Shown: piece after piece, positions 57,126 to 64,000 of the stretch
Layout: each line of letters starts with the position of its first letter
How positions within the stretch are numbered: the stretch's first letter is position 1
Assembly: GCA_951406725.2 (NCBI GenBank)
Contig: OX597820.1
Coordinates: forward strand, 54,126,001 to 54,190,000
From: Octopus vulgaris
Lineage: Eukaryota
Reading direction: 5' to 3'
DNA: 64,000 bases
Notes under the pieces: model-generated
Database searches by the model: none
What the model saw: only the letters and a program-made list of their open reading frames with translations
What the model was told of the DNA's origin: nothing
Made by a program: the position numbers and the translations under genes

Positions 57126-57380
57126 TAATTGACTTTTATAAAAGTCAGGGAGGACACAATTTACATTATAGTCTGAGACCATACAATTCGAAATAATAAA
57201 CAATATTTAAGTAAACATGAAACGAACATAGCAGTAGTTAGTTTAGTCAGTAAAGGTCCGAAGTTCAAAATCAGCCGAAGTCGACTTCACCAATCAATTT
57301 TGCCACTATCGATAAAATAACAGTCTCGTGTTGGGATTTATATCAGTCACTCCTCTACACACCTGTTTTTGAAAGATATA

Positions 57381-57610
57381 CAGGGTTGGCCCAAAGTCAC
57401 CTGACAGTAAATCAAAATCATGTAATTCCAAGATTTATTTATGTTTAACAACTGAATGAATTTAATAAAAGTATCTAAATATAAAACATCATGAAAATAG
57501 TTCAAACTGAAGTCCTTGAGCGACACATTTTCCCATTCGAGTCAGGACAGAATTACAAATAGTATTTATGGAATTTTGATTTACTTTTGGATGACTTTTA
57601 GCCAACCTTG
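57381..57610. mobile_element. Tc1/mariner-type MITE
   Basis: TIRs cagggttggcccaaagtcacctgacagtaaatcaaaat / attttgatttacttttggatgacttttagccaaccttg; TA on both flanks. Confidence 0.82.
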
Positions 57611-57789
57611 TATAATAATTTGCGAACAATTATTAATTTGTATTATTTTTAATATGGTCCTATCACCTTTTAACCGAAAATAACTGTGCATTCTATTGGT
57701 GTATGTACACACAACGCACATATACATTCACATGCACACATATACGTTTATATACTCTGACAAATAGCTATTCACACACACACACACGC

Positions 57790-57822
<33 letters not shown>

Positions 57823-57828
57823 TGTATG

Positions 57829-57892
<64 letters not shown>

Positions 57893-57893
<1 letters not shown>

Positions 57894-58196
57894 ACCCCCT
57901 TCGGTCAGACACTGACCATGGGTTTGCACCTAGAGAGTTACCCTCTGAGGCACAAGTCTGGGCAAGGTTGTTTATGGAAGACCAGCAGTCGCCCATGCAT
58001 ACCAGCCTCCCCTCTCCACGCCACCAGTGTTATCCAAGGGAAAGACAAAAGTCGATACAGCTTGGCACCTGTGACGTCGCAACTCATTTTTGCCAGCTGA
58101 GTGAACTGGAGCAACGTGAAATAAAGTGTCTTGCTCAAGAACACAACACGCAGCCCGGTCCGGGGTTCGAGCTCACAACCTCACGATCGTAAGCTC

Positions 58197-58197
<1 letters not shown>
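57893..58197 (-). mobile_element. Family D SINE within (TA)n
   Basis: Reverse complement of the family D body. Confidence 0.88.
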
Positions 58198-58265
<68 letters not shown>

Positions 58266-58866
58266 TATAATACATAAATTTGATAACTTTGTTAGGTTTC
58301 GGCCAGTATAGACTCAGGCCATGTCTAACTTAATAGCACCACCCGGTGAAGTCTTTTAGTCGTATATGGGATACCATGGCCCACTCTAGTAAAGAGTTAT
58401 TATTGTTGGAGACACATACGAGTGTCGGAGGTTGGTCCGGGATTTTTTTGAAGAAATTTGTCCATTGAACTTTTGAATTTTATGGGATATGTTTCCGTTT
58501 TGACGTATTTTGGTATGATAAATATATAGCAAATATATATATTCTTTTGTTCTTTTATTTGTTTCAGTCAATTGACTGCAACCACGCTGGGGCGTTGCCT
58601 TATGCAATCACCAATAACGTATGTATGTATGTATTTGCTTGTTCATGTTTGGATTGACTATGTATGTATGTATGTATGTATGTATGTATGTATGTATGTA
58701 TGTATGTGTGTATGTATGTATGTATGTATGCATGTGTGTAAGTATGTTGTATGTATGTATGTGTGTGTATGTATGTATGTATGTATGTATGTATGCATGT
58801 GTGTAAGTATGTTGTATGTATGTATATATGTATGTATGTATGCATGTGTGTGTATATGTATGTATG

Positions 58867-58900
<34 letters not shown>

Positions 58901-59167
58901 TGTATGTATGTATACACGAGTGGCACCCGCGCATTCGGTTGGAGTGATATGTATTTAATAACAGTTTGATTCAGCTTCATAACGTAAAGTTTCGTGGGTG
59001 AGTGGGACGCGTCTATCTCATCAGATGTTCAGAGGCAGATCCCGAACACCTGATGAAATGAACTTGTCCATCATGTCCACGGATGTTTCAGTCATGTGAA
59101 ATCTAGTCAATCTGTTATTAAACACTCACATACACATTTCGTGACTTTCATTAGCAATTAATGAATT

Positions 59168-59349
59168 AGGAGTAGCCGTGTGGTAAGTAGCTTGCTTACC
59201 AACCACATGGTTCCGGGTTCAGTCCCACTGCGTGGCACCTTGGGCAAGTGTCTTCTACTATAGCCTCGGGCCAACCAAAGCCTTCTGAGGGGATTTGGTA
59301 GACGGAAACTGAAAGAAGTCCGTCGTATATATGTATATGTATATGTATA

Positions 59350-59394
<45 letters not shown>

Positions 59395-59581
59395 AACATC
59401 GCTTGACAACCGATGGTGGTGTGTTTACATCCCCGTAACCTAGCGGTTCGGCAAAGGGACCGATAGAATAAGTACTAGGCTTACATAGAATAAGTCCTGG
59501 GGTCGATGTGATCGACTAAAGGCGGTGCTCCAGCATGGCCACAGTCAAATGACTGAAACAAGTAAAGAGAGCAAAGAGAGT
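59168..59581 (+). mobile_element. Full-length family A SINE
   Basis: Head, central microsatellite and tail. Confidence 0.9.
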
Positions 59582-59879
59582 ATAAACTGTTTAAGAATAA
59601 GATCACCCTCTGACGAATTTTTTGCCAGAAACATTGTACTTTCCTTCATTCTCACCTTCACCAGTTTATTCCACATTTTTAACTGTTTATAAATATAAAT
59701 ACTCTTAGTATAAATTCCTAAAATGCTTATAGTTTATATAGGTTAGAAATATTTTATCTGCCATATAATCATATACTCATAGGTAAGTCACAACAATAGA
59801 TACTTTGGTTACACAATATACACAGGGGCGATTTAGATACAAGCGATAACAATTAATAGTTCGATTACAGAATATATGT

Positions 59880-60181
59880 GAAGGTGCATGGCTCAGTGGT
59901 TAGAGCGTCGAGCTTACGATCGAGAGGTTGTGAGTTCGAATCCCGGACCGGGCTGCGTGTTGTGTTCTTGAGCAAGACACTTTATTTCACGTTGCTCCAG
60001 TTCACTCAGCTGTACAAATGAGTTGCGACGTCACAAGTGCCAAGCTGTATCTGATGTTGCCTTTCCTTTGGTTAACGTTGGTGGCGTGGAGAGGGGAGGC
60101 CGGTATGCATGCGCGACTGCTGGTCTTCCATAAACAACCTTGCCCGGACTTGTGCCTGGGAGGGTAACTTTCTAGGTGCAA
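59880..60181 (+). mobile_element. Family D SINE
   Basis: A-box tggctcagtgg, B-box gagttcgaatccc, then ttgagcaagacactt. Confidence 0.9.
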
Positions 60182-60360
60182 TGTGGATTGTGGAAACGCG
60201 CGTAGCGATGCATTCAATGTTTATAAATTCCATCCAAGGATTATTGTCACACACACACACATACAAACGTACACACACATATATAATACACACAGGCACA
60301 TATACACAATATACATATACACAGATAGATTAGACAGACAGACAGACAGACAAATAGATG

Positions 60361-60428
<68 letters not shown>

Positions 60429-60429
60429 T

Positions 60430-60480
<51 letters not shown>

Positions 60481-60609
60481 CATACATACATACATACATA
60501 CATACATACATACATAGAGAGAGACAGGCAGACAGGCAGACAGACAGACCGACAAATATGTATGTATATGTATAGGACATAACAATAGTTTGGTTATATA
60601 CAAATATAT

Positions 60610-60674
<65 letters not shown>

Positions 60675-60779
60675 GATATGTACATATATATATATATATA
60701 TATATATAATGCACGATGAGTGTGTAATAATATAATGCTCATCATTTCATATTATACACAAACATTCTATACGTGTATC

Positions 60780-61960
60780 CTATAACAAAATTAATTATAG
60801 TTATGTCGTTTAATTACCATAACTCTGGCCTATCTATGTGTATATTATTTAACTAAATTATCTGTGCATATTATGTAACCAAATTATCTATCGCTATAGC
60901 CTATTTATGTGTATATTGTGTAATCAAACAGTTACATAAATATGACCTGTGACTAAATTGTTTATGTGTATGCTCCAAGGCCCAATTATATATCATGATG
61001 GTCCGTCTTTGAGTATATTCTTTAAACAAATTTTATTGGGGCAGGAGTGGCTGTGTGGTAAGTAGCTTGAAATAAAGTAGCTTGCTAACCATCCACATGG
61101 TTCTGGGTTCAGTCCCACTGCGTGGCATCTTGGGCAAGTGTCTTCTGCTATAGCCCCGGTGTGTCTGTGTTTGTCCCCCTAGCATTGCTTGACAACCGAT
61201 GCTGGTGTGTTTACGTCCCCGTCACTTAGCGGTTCGGCAAAAAGAGACCGATAGAATAAGTACTGGGCTTACAAAGAATAAGTCCCGGGGTCGATTTGCT
61301 CGACTAAAGGCGGTACTCCAGCATGGCCGCAGTCAAATGACTGAAACAAGTAAAAGAGTAAAAGAGTAAAGAGTTATGGTCTATAACCAAATTATCTATA
61401 AATACGTCCAGCAAGCAAACTACCTAGTAGTATGTCCTAAAACTACCTAAAGTACATGGCTCAGTGGTTAGAGCGTCGGGATCACAATCTTGAAGTAGTA
61501 AGTTCGATTTCCGACCAGGCTGTGTTATATTCTTGAGCAAGACACTTTATTTCACATTGCTCCAGTTAACTCATCTATAGAAATTAGTTGCGACGTCACT
61601 GGTGCCAAGCTGTATCGGCCTTTGATTTTCCTTTGGACAACATCAGTGGCGTGGATATGGGAGGCTGGTCTTCCGTAAACAACTTTGCCCAGGCTTGTGC
61701 CTCGGAGGGTAACATTCTAGGGGCAATCCCATGATTATTTATGACCGAAGGAGGGTTAATCCTTTTAACTACCTAAATCTATATTCTACAACCAAATTAC
61801 CAACATCTATATACAGTGGCTAAATAACCTATACATTTATTCTCTAACTTCCAGAATCCAATTTACTATATAATATAATTATCTATTTCTGTAGCCTATT
61901 GTTAAATTATCTTACAACTAAATCCAAGGATTTATTCTATAACCAAATGATCAGTGGACA
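60780..61960. repeat. Degenerate short tandem repeat (accaaattatctat... motif) interrupted by family A (61038-61374) and family D (61455-61757) SINEs
   Basis: Recurring aaccaaattatct / aaattatctat motifs on both sides of the SINE insertions. Confidence 0.55.
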
Positions 61961-62017
61961 TTTTCTAAAGTTATGTTTATCGCATGAAGAAACATAATTT
62001 TTTTTTTTTTAAATATG

Positions 62018-62179
62018 GACGTAGGCATAGCTGTGCGGTCAGAAGATTGTTTCCCAACTACATGGTTCCGGGTTCTGTCCCTATGTGGGACACCTTAGGC
62101 TAGTGTCTTCTATTATAGCTCCAGTTCAACCAAATCATTGTGAATGGAAGACAGAAACTGAAAGAAGCCTATCGATGTA

Positions 62180-62257
<78 letters not shown>

Positions 62258-62515
62258 ACACACACACCTGCATATATGTATGTATGTATGTGTGTGTGTA
62301 TGTAAATATATATATACATACACGTGTGTGTGTGTGTGTGTTCATGCTTGTTTTTGTCCGACACCAACCGGTATCAGTGTGTTTATCATAGCGTTTCGGC
62401 AAAAAGAGACCGATAGAATAAGTACTGGAGTCGATTTGTTCGACTAGAACCCTTCAAGGCGGTGCACCAACATGGCTGCTGTCCAATAGCTGAAGCAAAT
62501 AAAAGATGAAAGATA
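62018..62515 (+). mobile_element. Old diverged family A SINE
   Basis: Degenerate head and tail; central microsatellite starts as (CA)n rather than (TG)n. Confidence 0.7.
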
Positions 62516-62574
62516 AACACAGGACCGAAGGGAAATTCCTTTCTTTACGAGGGAAGGGCTCTTAAACCATAAGG

Positions 62575-63000
62575 CATCTTCGTATTTGTCAGTATGGGAT
62601 CTCTTAGCTGACTGGAATTGCATATTATTTTACAAATTTCACAGTATTTCACATCGGCAAAACAAGTCATTTCAGGAATAGCAAACATGTTGTTTTATCA
62701 ACTCTCCCCTTTATTTGACTACTTTATCCGGTCTAGTTTCATTACATTTTATTGACCTGTTGATCTCCATGGCACCATTTATATTTGTTCTTGTATGTAT
62801 CATCCAGAAACCATTCATTCTCTTTATAAGGGTAATGGGTAAAACTATACAGAAACCACAGTATTTTTTCTATGATGGTCTATGTTTTTTCTGATGACTA
62901 TTTCAAGATCTATGAGACCGATGAGAACAAGTTATCCTCAGATGACAAATGACCTGCCATAAATACTTGTAAAAGCATTGGCTCCGCCAAAGTACCTTAG
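62575..63000 (-). pseudogene. Possible heavily decayed Gypsy pol (integrase HHCC region)
   Basis: Fragments CHGDQQVNK and DVKYCEICK recall HxGHQGVxK...YVKxCxxC; many stops and frameshifts. Confidence 0.3.
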
Positions 63001-63342
63001 GACCAGGTGGAAAGAAAAATTATATTAATATTATATCATTTCATATTATATTATTTTATATTATATCATACCATATATGATATTATACTATATTATATTA
63101 TAGCATATTGTAGAGGTGCATGACTTAGTGGTTAAGGTGTTGGGCTCATGCTCGTAAGATAGTGGTTTCGATTCCTCAGCTGGTAAAAATGTGTAATCCT
63201 ACGACAGCGGCGTCCAGGAAAGAATATATACACGCCAGAGTAACCGCCCGTACGCTCCTTACGGAGTGATGTGGACTTATTATACTATATTATATTATAT
63301 TATATTATATTATATTATATTATATTAAATTATACTATAAAA

Positions 63343-63790
63343 AGGCGAGCAGGCAGAATCGTTAGTACGCCGGGCGAAATGCTTAACGGCAGACGGAAAA
63401 CCTATTTCTTTATTACCCACAAGGGTAATAAAGAAATAGGTTTTCCGTCTGCCGCTACGTTCTGAGTTCAAATTCTGCCGAGGTCGACTTTGCCTTTCAT
63501 CCTTTCGGGGTCGATAAACTAAGTACCAGTTACGCACTGGGGTCGATGTAATCAACTTAATCCGTTTGTCTGTCGTTGTTTGTCCTCTTTGTGTGTAGCC
63601 CCTTGTGGATAGTAAAGAAATAGGTATTTCGTCTGCTGCTACGTTCTGAGTTCAAATTCCACCAAGTTCAACTTTACCTTTAATCCTTTTGGGGTCGATA
63701 ATTTAAGTACAAGTTAAATACTGGGGTCGATGTAATCGACTACCCGCTCCCCACAAATTCTAGGCTTTTTGCCTATTGCAGAAAAGATTG
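63343..63790 (+). mobile_element. Family B SINE multimer with an internal fold-back
   Basis: Head, 32-bp hairpin 63387-63454, body, junction gaaataggtatttc 63617-63630, second headless unit. Confidence 0.85.
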
Positions 63791-64000
63791 CGTTATATAT
63801 GGTGCAGGTTGATTGAATGGTTAAGAAGAAGATGGTAACTACGCTATCTCAGATTCATTCTTAATTCGTTGTATCTTGGGCAAGTGTCTATTGGTGTAGC
63901 CACAGACATGTCGATACTTTGAGAGCGGATGGGGGGTGATACTATGTAGAAGCCCGGCGGATCGACGGTAGTTGTAATACAAAAGAACAAAAGATATAGC

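Noticed and set aside
58975-59110. Back-to-back CTGATGA...GAAA motifs around a small hairpin
   Set aside because: Neither orientation forms a convincing stem II; kept only as a weak hammerhead look-alike.
59880-59955. tRNA-like sequences at SINE heads (also 46733, 24281, 8444)
   Set aside because: A/B boxes are present, but they run into SINE bodies without an acceptor stem or T-run terminator; not tRNA genes.

Overview
Eukaryotic, AT-rich, extremely microsatellite-dense non-coding DNA (intronic or intergenic). The SINE families and repeat load look like an octopod (Octopus-like) genome; this is my inference from pattern recognition, not a database hit. I cannot support any complete host gene. 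The only long real reading frames are a young, 5'-truncated CR1-clade LINE ORF2 (about 14.4-17.0 kb) broken by one frameshift. The rest is a transposon mosaic: about 40 copies of at least four modular tRNA-derived SINE families, decayed R4/Dong-like and Jockey-group LINE remnants, a Gypsy 5' LTR with a tRNA-Ser PBS, Tc1/mariner, hAT-like and 8-bp-TSD MITEs, and Penelope-like (PLE) debris. Most interesting: (1) a dispersed PLE/retrozyme-like set with minimal type I hammerhead ribozymes (one canonical, one CUGUUGA core variant, one degenerate), a GIY-YIG fragment and several snap-back hairpins next to (TA)n tracts; (2) a SINE family that repeatedly forms head-to-tail multimers under one TSD through the same palindromic junction (GAAATA-GG-TATTTC), with a perfect fold-back at that site; (3) a 500-bp bulged palindrome and an inverted repeat pair enclosing a LINE fragment. 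Almost all ORFs in the supplied track are microsatellite or SINE artefacts. SINE boundaries are approximate unless a TSD is quoted.
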